64,000 bases of DNA from Bacteroidota bacterium. Lineage in GTDB: Bacteria > Bacteroidota > Bacteroidia > JABDFU01. The notes below the pieces were generated by a model. It searched no databases, was not told where the DNA came from, and saw only the letters and a list, made by a program, of their open reading frames with translations. The translations under genes were made by a program, and so were the position numbers. Shown piece after piece: positions 18,012 to 27,225 of the stretch (its first letter is position 1; each line of letters starts with the position of its first letter). The stretch lies in the NCBI GenBank assembly GCA_013286385.1, contig JABDFU010000006.1:7601-71600 (forward strand), given 5' to 3'.

Positions 18012-20957
18012 TTATTTTGTGCCGGATTGAAGAATTTTAAAATTCGCATGAATCTCTTGGTCCGTAATGTTATCCTTGGTAATACTCAGTTCCTTTAGGA
18101 TGCCGTTGAACCGGTTATTCTGCCCCATTTCGCTACCCAGGATGAGGGGTGTGTCACTGTTTGAAACCGGAGATGCCAGTTTCCCCGAATAAACCGGAAT
18201 TGCCTGGCTGTATATTTTCACGGTATCTTTTTTTACGGTTATGACCAGGTAATTCCATTCGTTTTCAATCAGTTTAACCAATCCTGGCGCAATCCAGGAT
18301 TTACCATTTCCATACGCAAACATAAACTGATTTGTAGTATTCCCGTTCTGCTGGATTGCAAATCCCCTGGGCCCGATTATGTTCTGGGCATTTGAAAGAA
18401 TCTTTGCATTTGCAACCTGCTCATGTCCGGGTTTGACGATCAGCTCAATTGTATAATTGTCCCCCAGACTGATAGGTTCAAGTGCAATACCTGTATTACC
18501 CATATCGCCTTTAAAACCTTTGTGAATAATGGAGCCCGGGTGCTGAGGCAGTAGCAGTTTTTCACTTTCATTGTGAACAACGGTAATTCCTTTTTCTTTA
18601 ACAATGTGATTGTAGTTTAATCCAGGTATTATTTCTGATACCTGGGATACATTCATGATCACCAGATAATAATCCTGGCTCAGGAGTTTCTGTAAAAAAT
18701 CTTTCAGTTCGCTTTTGAACACCCAGGCTGAACAGGGCTGATAATAACCCATTGCCTGGTAACTTCCATAATAGTAGTAAATAAAGTCGCTCTGGTAATC
18801 GAGGAAATAAACCTTTTTGCTGTTGTCTGTAAGGTTTTTGATGACTGAAAGATCAGGTGGAATACCATTGAACGGACAGATAAACTTAGCGTTTTTCATA
18901 TTCTTATACTGGCTGCTCACCCTGCCGGTGATCCTGTCAGAATAAAAGAAGGCCAGACTGGCTATCAGCAGAGCCGGAAGGGCATACAAAACAAACTTTT
19001 TTTTCAATGCATCAAAAAGAAGAAACAGGACAAAAATAAGCAGGCCAGAAATGTTTATGATATTGTTTTCGTGGCTTCTGCCAAAAAAATACATGGAATT
19101 TCCTATTGCTAAAAAAAGCATCAGCAAACCGGTTTCAAAGTATCTGGAAGGTAAATGCTTTCTTCTGCTGATCAGCAAAACAAATGCCGCTCCGAACAGG
19201 ACAGGCATGTGCCAATAAAAGGAGTTGCCGGCAATGGGGATCATGCCGATGCCAATTCGCTGATACAAGACGGCACTTTCGGAAAGAAAACCTTTAAACA
19301 GAATGCCGCTCAAAATAATGAACCCTGTTATAATTCCGAAATTTAATAAATGAGGAAAAGTGCATTTGACAGCCAGGCTTTTTAATGCTTTTAAATTCAA
19401 TTTCTTTTTTGATATCCCCGTGAAAAAATCGATCAGGAAAAGGCAGGCCAGTAATTCAACATAAGAAAGCAGGTATATCATTCCCAGGTTTTTGTGTGCC
19501 AGGGCAAGGAATCCGAATACAAATCCTGTGGTCCAGTGTGTTAGCCCTTTGTAATGAACGATGAGTAGAATAATAAGCTACAAATCAAGCCGCAGTGGCG
19601 TCACCTGAAAATAAGCAACCGGGTCGTTCAGGTTTGCATAGTAATGCCAAAGAACCAGTGCAATCAGTAAAAAAACAGACAGCGATTTATTTATTAAAAA
19701 TCTTTTTGCAAACAGGAATGAGCCTGTAAAAAACAGGAAGAATGAAAGTTGGCCAATTACCTGGAATGAATTCAGTTCGAGGTGAAGTTTCATCCATAGG
19801 AACGCTAAAGCAGAAAGCAAGAGGTCGTACTGAAAATAAATTTCTGAAATTTTGAATCCCTGAAGCATCTTCAGTGCGGGTGTAAAAATAAAAGCGTAAT
19901 CAAACATGCTTATCGGTTCAGTGGCTATGAAACAAACCGGTATCAGTAGAAGAACTGACACATACGGTAATAGTTTCGGGTAATACCTGTGAATCAGGAT
20001 AAGGATGATAGTAATAAGGGCGATGCAAAAAAGGAGAAAGAGTATTTTTTCCAGGCCTGCACTGATGGCTTCCATGGGAGGAAAGAATCCAATTTTTTCA
20101 AAGTAAACGTATGACGCCAGCGCTGCCGAAAACATAAGCAACAGATAAGGTGTCTTGTTCTTTATTTTTGAAGCAAAACAGCTGAGAACAAAAGTTCCGA
20201 TCAGGTCTGCAAACATCGTTGCATAAAGTACATATCCTTCTATACCATCGTGTTCTATACTTGCCAAACGTATGTTGTAACAAAACTCCTCTGCTGGAAT
20301 CTTTAAATTCATCAATCTGAACTGAGGGGCAAAATGAAAAAAAGCGAAGTAGAGAAGACAACTTACGGATGAGCTCAATAGCAAGATCTCCGCAATTCCA
20401 GGTCCGGAAGAAGTTAAAAGATCCAGCCTGGAGGAAGAATAATAAACAGAAAAAACCAGAAACAGAATCAGCAGGATCGCGAACATTAGGATGAATGCAT
20501 GGGAAATTGTTTCGCCCCTTTTCCCTGCTTTGATAACGGCCAGGTTTTCTCTAAATATGCTGTTATCCGGACTAAGCCGTATTGCCTCTTTGCATGCATT
20601 TTCAGCCTTTTCCCAACGTCCTGCCTTTGTGTAGGAATACGTGATATTGGCATAGGCCTGCAGAGACCCTGGCATTATTTCGAGAGACTTTTCTCCGGCG
20701 TTGATCGCCTCATCCCACATTTGAAGACTGTTGAAGGCAGCACAGATGCCATTGTAAGCATCAGCGTTGTCGGGTTTAATCTGGAGTGATTTTTCACACG
20801 CCTGTATGCTTTCCATAAACCTGGATTGATTGTACAGGGAATAGGCCAGATTCAGATACTGAACCGGAGTCAGGCTGTCCGGAAGATCAGCTGCAATACT
20901 TCGGAGGGGGAAAACAAGGTAAAGGACAACAATTATTGTGAGGAAGAATCTCGACAT
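18012..20957 (-). pseudogene. TPR-repeat polytopic membrane protein with a C-terminal concanavalin-A/LamG-like domain, interrupted by one in-frame TAG
   Basis: Track ORFs 19578..20957 and 18012..19481 are in the same frame. The only interruption is TAG at 19578-19580 (minus strand). The paralog 27226..29703 has TGG (Trp) in the aligned context: RLDL*LIILL here versus RLDLWLIILL there. An uninterrupted product would be approx. 981 aa. TAG is a genuine stop elsewhere in the window (gldH). Confidence 0.6.
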
Positions 20958-21013
20958 TTTTTGGCCTATTGGAACAAATATAATAATATAAGATCATAGG
21001 GTCTAAACAGGAA

Positions 21014-22243
21014 CTAACTGTTGATGGCCTCTACCCCCGGCAGGGTGCCGCTTTCAATGTATTCGAGCAAGGCCCCGCCTCCAGTGGAAACATAACTCAC
21101 CTGACCGGCAAGGTTGTATTTGTTTATGGCGGCGACCGAATCGCCGCCCCCAATCAGGGTGTAGGTGCCGCTTTTTGTAGCCTTGGCGATAGCCAAGGCG
21201 GCCGATTTGGTGCCGCTTTCAAAATTGCTCATTTCAAAAACGCCTAAGGGTCCGTTCCATAAAACGGTTTTTGATTTAAGAATAACCCCCTCATTTATTT
21301 TTTCTGACACAGGGCCTATGTCAAGTCCCATCCATCCTTCGGGAATGGCATCAATTGCACAGCATTTTTTATTTGCGTCGTTTGCAAAACGATCGGCTGC
21401 TTCGACGTCCACCGGAAGATAAATTGAAACGCCTCTCTTTTTTGCGTCTTCCAATATCTTTAAGGCCGTATCCAGGCGGTCGCTTTCTACAAGCGAACTG
21501 CCAATCTTTCCTCCTTTGGCTTTGATAAAGGTAAAGGCCATGCCACCTCCGATGATGATGTTATCGGCTTTACCGATGAGTTGTTCTAAAATCAGGATCT
21601 TATCTGAAACCTTGGCTCCGCCGAGAATTGCTGTAAAGGGGCGCTCGGCCTTGTGAAGCACCTTGTCAGCGTTTGAAAGTTCGGAACTCATTAAATACCC
21701 AAAGCATTTTTTGCCCGGAAAAAATTTCGCTATCACCGCTGTTGAAGCGTGCGCACGATGGGCGGTGCCAAATGCATCGTTAATATAAAAACCCTGAGAG
21801 GAATTAAAACCCTGTGAGGGATTGTTACCCAGGGCCAATTCGGCAAGTTTTTTTGCAAATCCTTCATCTCCTTTTTCTTCCTCCTTGTAAAAACGAAGAT
21901 TTTCAAGCAGAAGAACCTCTCCGGCCTTGAGGCCGGCAGACATTTTTTTAGCTGAATCCCCTATGCAATCATCCGCAAACAGAACGGGCCTCCCAAGCAA
22001 TGCGGACAAATGAGGGACCAGGTGTTTCAGTGAATACTTCTCTGAAGGCCCCTCTTTGGGTCTGCCCAGGTGGGACATGAGAATCACCGCAGCCCCATCT
22101 GCTAAAAGCTTATTAATACTGGGTAAGGCGGCACGAATGCGGGTGTCATCTGTAATGGAAAAGGAGGCATCCAGAGGGACGTTAAAATCTACGCGAATAA
22201 GGGCCTTTTTTCCGGAAAAATTGAAGTTGTCTATTGTCTGCAT
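21014..22243 (-). CDS. pgk: phosphoglycerate kinase
   Basis: ALIRVDFNVPLD N-terminus and the GGGA/GGGD motifs. Start taken at MQTIDNF. Confidence 0.9.
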   Translation of the reverse strand: MQTIDNFNFSGKKALIRVDFNVPLDASFSITDDTRIRAALPSINKLLADGAAVILMSHLGRPKEGPSEKYSLKHLVPHLSALLGRPVLFADDCIGDSAKKMSAGLKAGEVLLLENLRFYKEEEKGDEGFAKKLAELALGNNPSQGFNSSQGFYINDAFGTAHRAHASTAVIAKFFPGKKCFGYLMSSELSNADKVLHKAERPFTAILGGAKVSDKILILEQLIGKADNIIIGGGMAFTFIKAKGGKIGSSLVESDRLDTALKILEDAKKRGVSIYLPVDVEAADRFANDANKKCCAIDAIPEGWMGLDIGPVSEKINEGVILKSKTVLWNGPLGVFEMSNFESGTKSAALAIAKATKSGTYTLIGGGDSVAAINKYNLAGQVSYVSTGGGALLEYIESGTLPGVEAINS

Positions 22244-22280
22244 ATGTAAAACCAAAGGTACATTTTTATACTTTTAATGT

Positions 22281-22673
22281 ATGCGAAAAATTCTGATCCT
22301 TCTCAGCTTTTTGATGCCTTTTTCGGGTTTTCTTCAGGCCCAAAAATCAACACAAAATCAGCAAACAGCCGAACGTTTTTTTGAATTGTTTCAAAAGGAT
22401 CAACGCAGTCAATATCTTGCCCTTTGCGACTCAGCTGTCAAGTCAAAATTAAGTTTGGCAAAGTACAATCAGTATTGGGCGCAAACCCAGGAACAGTTCG
22501 GCAACTTTAAAAAAGTACAATCGGGCAGTTCTGAAATTATAAACGGTACAGAAGTCATTCACCTGATTTGCCTATTCGAAAAAATGTCCCGGGAGCTGAT
22601 AATTACTTTCAATGACAAGGGATTTATTTCGGGCTTTGCTATAACCGTTGCCTCTACTACTTCTACTCACTAG
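22281..22673 (+). CDS. hypothetical secreted protein (DUF3887-like)
   Basis: 130 aa with a signal peptide and no catalytic motifs. Confidence 0.4.
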   Translation: MRKILILLSFLMPFSGFLQAQKSTQNQQTAERFFELFQKDQRSQYLALCDSAVKSKLSLAKYNQYWAQTQEQFGNFKKVQSGSSEIINGTEVIHLICLFEKMSRELIITFNDKGFISGFAITVASTTSTH

Positions 22674-22685
22674 CGATACCCTCGG

Positions 22686-23825
22686 ATGCTTTTCAACGAA
22701 ATTATAGGTCAACGGGCTCTTAAAGAGCAGCTTATACAATCTGTAAAAGACCACCGCATCAGTCATGCCCAACTCTTTCTGGGAAATACCGGTTACGGGA
22801 GCCTGGCGCTGGCCATCGCTTACGGGCAGTATATTTGCTGCGAAAACAAAACCGAAGAAGACTCCTGCGGTATCTGTCCCTCCTGCATAAAATACCAGAA
22901 ATACATTCATCCTGACCTTCATTTTGCTTTCCCCATTAACGCCAGCAAAGAGTTTAAGAACAGTACCGAACGTCTTGTTACCTGGAGGGAGGCCCTGCTC
23001 GAAAATCCGTACCTGAGTTTCAGTGACTGGGTTGCCTTGCTGGAGGCTGAAAACAAACAGCCGGTCATTTCTGTAGAAGAAAGCGCCGAAATACTTCGCA
23101 AGCTTACATTAACCGCTTTTGAGAGCGAATACAAGATCATGATCATCTGGCTGGCCGAGAAAATGAATGCCGCCGCCGCCAATAAATTACTTAAAATTCT
23201 TGAAGAACCACCCGATAAAACGCTGTTTCTGCTGGTTTGCGAAAGTGAAGAACAGCTTTTGCGTACCATCGTTTCCCGTACTCAACTGATCAAGGTCAAA
23301 AAGATTGAAGATCAGGATCTTTGCCAGGCCCTGGTCAGCAGAACCGAACTTTCGGACGAGGAAGCCAAAGGAATCAGTGAGCTTTGCGAGGGGAATTACC
23401 GGGAAGCCCTGAAACTGATTGGCGAAAATGAAAGCGCCGAATACAACCTTACTACCTTTCAAACCTGGATGAGGGCCTGCCTTCGATTTGATATTCTGAA
23501 GATCAATGTTCTTAATGCAGGATTTGCTGAACTAGGACGTGAACGCCAGAAAAACTACCTCAGCTATTGCCTTCATATGGTGAGGGAATCCCTGATGATT
23601 AATTATGCTGACAACGCCATTGTGAGGGTGACAGAAAAAGAAGGAGAATTTCTTAAAAAATTCAGCCCCTTCATCAATGCCTCCAATTGTATTGCTTTCA
23701 GCGATGAACTGAACCGGGCTTACGGTCATATTGAACGCAATGCCAACCCCAAAATCCTGTTTCTCGACCTCTCTCTGCACTTTAATGAACTCCTCAACAT
23801 CCGGGAACCGGCTATCGTCAAATAA
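22686..23825 (+). CDS. holB: DNA polymerase III subunit delta'
   Basis: GQRALKEQLIQSVKDHRISHAQLFLGNTGYGSLALA N-terminus, CGICPSC zinc module and an AAA+ clamp-loader fold. Confidence 0.75.
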   Translation: MLFNEIIGQRALKEQLIQSVKDHRISHAQLFLGNTGYGSLALAIAYGQYICCENKTEEDSCGICPSCIKYQKYIHPDLHFAFPINASKEFKNSTERLVTWREALLENPYLSFSDWVALLEAENKQPVISVEESAEILRKLTLTAFESEYKIMIIWLAEKMNAAAANKLLKILEEPPDKTLFLLVCESEEQLLRTIVSRTQLIKVKKIEDQDLCQALVSRTELSDEEAKGISELCEGNYREALKLIGENESAEYNLTTFQTWMRACLRFDILKINVLNAGFAELGRERQKNYLSYCLHMVRESLMINYADNAIVRVTEKEGEFLKKFSPFINASNCIAFSDELNRAYGHIERNANPKILFLDLSLHFNELLNIREPAIVK

Positions 23826-23842
23826 ATGTTACTTTTGTCTAC

Positions 23843-25231
23843 ATGGGATGTAGCGGATGTTCAAGCGGAAGAGGATGCAGCACTATAAGCAAGGGTCTGC
23901 CCGGAGGATGTCGCAATAACGGATCCTGTGGAACAGGTGGTTGCAACAAACTGGGTTTATTCGACTGGCTGGCCAATATGGAAATGCCAGGCGCTGCCCA
24001 ATGCGATGTGGTCGAGGTGCGTTTCAAAAACGGACGAAAGGATTTTTACCGGAATGTCAATAATCTGAGTTTAACGGTTGGTGAAGTTATAGCTGTTGAA
24101 GCCTCTCCCGGTCATGACATCGGCGTAATTTCGGGAACGGGAGAAATGGTGCGTTTGCAGTTAAAGAAAAAAAACATCCCGCTGACTTCACCTGAAATTA
24201 AAAAAGTATACCGAAAGGCCCGTCAGAATGATATAGACAAATGGACAGAGGCCCAGGCCCTGGAAGAAAAAACCATGCACCGTTCGCGTACAGTGGCTGT
24301 AGCGCTGGGGCTGCAGATGAAAATCAGCGATGTGGAATACCAGGGTGATAAAACAAAGGCAATCTTTTTCTATACAGCCGATGAACGGGTTGATTTTCGT
24401 GAACTCATAAAGAAGTACGCTGAGGAATTCAGAGTACGTATTGAAATGCGTCAGATCGGAGCCCGTCAGGAGGCCAGCCGTCTGGGAGGAATCGGATCCT
24501 GCGGCCGGGAACTCTGCTGTTCTACCTGGCTTACGGATTTCCGTTCGGTTTCAACCAGTGCGGCACGTTACCAACAACTTTCGCTTAACCCCCTGAAACT
24601 GGCAGGCCAGTGTGGGAAACTTAAATGCTGTCTCAATTATGAACTGGACAGTTACCTGGACGCTATTAAGGATTTTCCGGAGGTCAGCGATGTCAGGCTG
24701 AAAACAAAAAAAGGAGAAGCTGTACATCAAAAAACAGATATATTCAGGAGAACCATGTGGTTTTCGTATCTGGACAATATGGGTCAATTCATTGCTTTAC
24801 CTGTAGACCGTGTCAAGGAAATTATTGAAATGAACAAAAAGGACGAGCACCCTTTTGATTTGGGAGAAGCCGTTACCAAAGAAAAGAAAATATTGCTTCG
24901 CGAACCCGATTATGAAAATGTAGTGGGGCAGGATAGTCTGACGCGTTTTGACAACAGCCGCAGGAAAAATAAAAAACCGAATAAAGCCGGGGGAAGGGGA
25001 CCCAACAGGGGCCCGAACCGCGGAAATAATTCAAATCGTAACATCAATTCAAATCGTAACATCAATTCAAATCGTAACAACAATCCGAACAGGGGAAACA
25101 ATCCGAACCGAAACAACAACAATCCGAATCGCAACAACAATCCCAACCGGAATCCAAACCCTAACCCGAACCGGAACCGCCCTCCCCGGCCTGATCGGCC
25201 GCAAGGTCCTGTTCCGGACAACAAACCCTGA
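23843..25231 (+). CDS. PSP1 C-terminal domain protein (YaaT/RicT-like) with a Cys-rich N-terminus and an Asn/Pro-rich repetitive tail
   Basis: PSP1 core with GIGSCGRELCC and CGKLKCC motifs. It follows holB as in the Firmicute holB-yaaT arrangement. The N-terminus is MGCSGCSSGRGCS...GGCRNNGSCGTGGC. The tail is NSNRNI x3 then PNRNNN-type repeats. Confidence 0.7.
   Translation: MGCSGCSSGRGCSTISKGLPGGCRNNGSCGTGGCNKLGLFDWLANMEMPGAAQCDVVEVRFKNGRKDFYRNVNNLSLTVGEVIAVEASPGHDIGVISGTGEMVRLQLKKKNIPLTSPEIKKVYRKARQNDIDKWTEAQALEEKTMHRSRTVAVALGLQMKISDVEYQGDKTKAIFFYTADERVDFRELIKKYAEEFRVRIEMRQIGARQEASRLGGIGSCGRELCCSTWLTDFRSVSTSAARYQQLSLNPLKLAGQCGKLKCCLNYELDSYLDAIKDFPEVSDVRLKTKKGEAVHQKTDIFRRTMWFSYLDNMGQFIALPVDRVKEIIEMNKKDEHPFDLGEAVTKEKKILLREPDYENVVGQDSLTRFDNSRRKNKKPNKAGGRGPNRGPNRGNNSNRNINSNRNINSNRNNNPNRGNNPNRNNNNPNRNNNPNRNPNPNPNRNRPPRPDRPQGPVPDNKP
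25028..25081 (+). repeat. in-frame tandem repeat, 3 x 18 bp (AATTCAAATCGTAACATC), inside the PSP1 gene 3' end
   Basis: The repeat is read directly from the sequence. It is followed by a degenerate AATCCGAAC-type repeat run to approx. 25190, encoding the Asn/Pro-rich tail. Confidence 0.85.
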
Positions 25232-25246
25232 CAGGCCTTTCAACAA

Positions 25247-25711
25247 ATGAAAACGCTTCTTTTATCTTTAAGTTTTTTTTCCATCGTCCTGGTATCCTGT
25301 GATTCCAGGAGGGTTTTTGATGAAAATGTTACGTTCAGGGACAATATCTGGGAACGATCGAATCTGATTAAATTCAGTGTCCCCATAAAGGACACGGTTG
25401 CACCTCACAATGTGTATATCAATGTGCGCAACTCTGAGGGCTATCCTTACAGTAACCTTTATTTGTTTATACACAGTACTTTTCCCGATGGGAAAAAATA
25501 CACCGACACGCTGGAGTGTACCCTTGCCGATGCCACCGGAAAATGGCTGGGCAGCGGAGCGGGAGACATTTATGACAACCAGATACTCTATAAGCGCAAC
25601 GTTCGTTTCCGCCAGTACGGCACTTATACCTTTGAAATAGAGCAAGCCATGCGCCTGGAAAAGTTACCCCTTATTATGGATGCGGGTATGCGGATTGAGC
25701 GCGCAAAATAG
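25247..25711 (+). CDS. gldH: gliding motility-associated lipoprotein GldH (probable)
   Basis: 154-aa lipoprotein with lipobox LVSC at Cys18. Its size and its position immediately downstream of holB-PSP1 match the known gldH context in gliding Bacteroidota. I did not align it to a GldH reference. Confidence 0.55.
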   Translation: MKTLLLSLSFFSIVLVSCDSRRVFDENVTFRDNIWERSNLIKFSVPIKDTVAPHNVYINVRNSEGYPYSNLYLFIHSTFPDGKKYTDTLECTLADATGKWLGSGAGDIYDNQILYKRNVRFRQYGTYTFEIEQAMRLEKLPLIMDAGMRIERAK

Positions 25712-25737
25712 CTGACTTTTTTTAAAAACAGATTCTG

Positions 25738-26520
25738 ATGAATGAGCTGATCCAGCAAATTTTAGGTCATCCTTTTTCATCTTTTGTAGTCATTCTCAAC
25801 CTTATTGTCATCGAGAGTTTACTTTCTGTTGACAATGCGGCTGTTCTGGCCTTGATGGTTCTTGATTTATCCAGAGAGCAGCGGGCAAAATCGCTCCGTT
25901 ACGGAATAATCGGAGGATATGTCTTCAGGGGACTGGCACTGATATTTGCATCGTATCTTATGCGGTTTTGGTTTCTCAAGGCTCTGGGAGGCCTGTATCT
26001 GATTTTTCTTTTTTATGACTGGATCCGGAAAAAACGCAAGGAAAGCGTTACTGAAAAACAAGGAATCAAAGAAAGAAGCAGACTTTTCAAAATTATTTCT
26101 AGCCGCATTGGACAATTCTGGACCACCGTAATTATGATAGAAATTATGGACATGGCTTTTTCTGTTGACAATGTGTTTGCTGCGGTAGCTTTCACGAAGA
26201 ATATTATTTTGGTCTGGGTGGGTGTGTTTATAGGAATGCTGGCCATGCGTTTTGTTTCTCAGGCTTTTGTCCGGGCTATGGAGCGATTTGTATTTTTAGA
26301 GTCCTCTGCTTTTGTTGTCATCGGTCTGTTGGGAATAAAACTGGTTCTGTCTTTGTGCGGGCATTTTGCAGCGGGTTCAGCGATCAGCAGGTTTCTGGCG
26401 AGCCAGGCCTCTGACTGGGTGACATCGGCCCTGACGATACTGATTTTTACTGTTCCTGTTTTAGTTTCACTCGGTTCCAAATCCCTTGCAACTAAAAAAC
26501 GGAATGAGCGGGAGAATTGA
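25738..26520 (+). CDS. TerC family integral membrane protein
   Basis: Two internal repeats each carry a membrane-embedded DN motif (LLSVDNAAVLAL and AFSVDNVFAAVAF), characteristic of TerC. Confidence 0.5.
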   Translation: MNELIQQILGHPFSSFVVILNLIVIESLLSVDNAAVLALMVLDLSREQRAKSLRYGIIGGYVFRGLALIFASYLMRFWFLKALGGLYLIFLFYDWIRKKRKESVTEKQGIKERSRLFKIISSRIGQFWTTVIMIEIMDMAFSVDNVFAAVAFTKNIILVWVGVFIGMLAMRFVSQAFVRAMERFVFLESSAFVVIGLLGIKLVLSLCGHFAAGSAISRFLASQASDWVTSALTILIFTVPVLVSLGSKSLATKKRNEREN

Positions 26521-26629
26521 AAAGCCAAGACATTTTCTAAGGAAACGATTGGTCAAGGCGGAGGATGCACTGATTGACTTTTGGCACAGCAGCAGGCAGG
26601 AAATCCATCAGACAAGGGAAGCGGAAAAA

Positions 26630-26860
26630 ATGGCCCTTAAGTATGTGAAAGGACAAACCATAAACGAAGAGGAACGTCTTGCTATTAAAGAGCAGGGGGT
26701 GGATATTCTTAAAATTGTTTTTATCGGGGTTCCACTCGTTGTAATTCCCGGATTCAGTATTGTGATGATTTTGCTGGTTAAAATCGGTCGACGTTTTAAT
26801 TTTAATGTATTGCCGTCGGCTTTTACACATAAGGATACTATTCCCGATAAAAAGCGATGA
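26630..26860 (+). CDS. hypothetical small membrane protein
   Basis: The track ORF 26486..26860 overlaps the TerC 3' end. The internal Met at 26630 gives a 76-aa protein with one or two TM helices. This is an unsupported, low-confidence call. Confidence 0.25.
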   Translation: MALKYVKGQTINEEERLAIKEQGVDILKIVFIGVPLVVIPGFSIVMILLVKIGRRFNFNVLPSAFTHKDTIPDKKR

Positions 26861-27215
26861 GTTCTCCAAAATAGTTTTTGTCCCAACCCTCTACAATATC
26901 TTTGTAATCATTCTGAGGAATGTTGCTGTGTTTTAGTTCTGCCGAAGTTCCTTTTGGGTGGGGATGCAATACAATGCTGACAATAGAATCTGCATTTTCT
27001 TCTCCGAAATACCACTGCTGGACTATTTTTTTGTTTTCCTGAAATTCGAGGTTTTTCCCTGCAATACTGCCGTCCCACAGCGAAAATTCTGAACCGGGTT
27101 CTGTGCTCATTTCAGCCGGTTCTGAGGTCCAGAGCTGCAGGGTAAGAGGATTGGTCAGGGCGAGGTAAACCTCTTCGGGTGCCGCGGGAATGATGTAGTA
27201 TTTTTTGTAATCCAT
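26838..27215 (-). CDS. SRPBCC (Aha1/activator of Hsp90 ATPase-like) domain protein
   Basis: Approx. 125 aa from MDYKKYY. The IVLHPHPKGTSAELKHSNIP and WDKNYFGEL segments look like the AHSA1/SRPBCC fold. Start chosen to avoid overlap with the upstream gene. Confidence 0.5.
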   Translation of the reverse strand: MDYKKYYIIPAAPEEVYLALTNPLTLQLWTSEPAEMSTEPGSEFSLWDGSIAGKNLEFQENKKIVQQWYFGEENADSIVSIVLHPHPKGTSAELKHSNIPQNDYKDIVEGWDKNYFGELIAFYRE

Positions 27216-27225
27216 AGTGCTTGTT

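Noticed and set aside
19578-19580. In-frame TAG as programmed recoding or an alternative genetic code
   Set aside because: TAG ends the gldH gene at 25709-25711 and other ORFs use standard stops, so a genome-wide reassignment is unlikely. Site-specific readthrough cannot be excluded from sequence alone.
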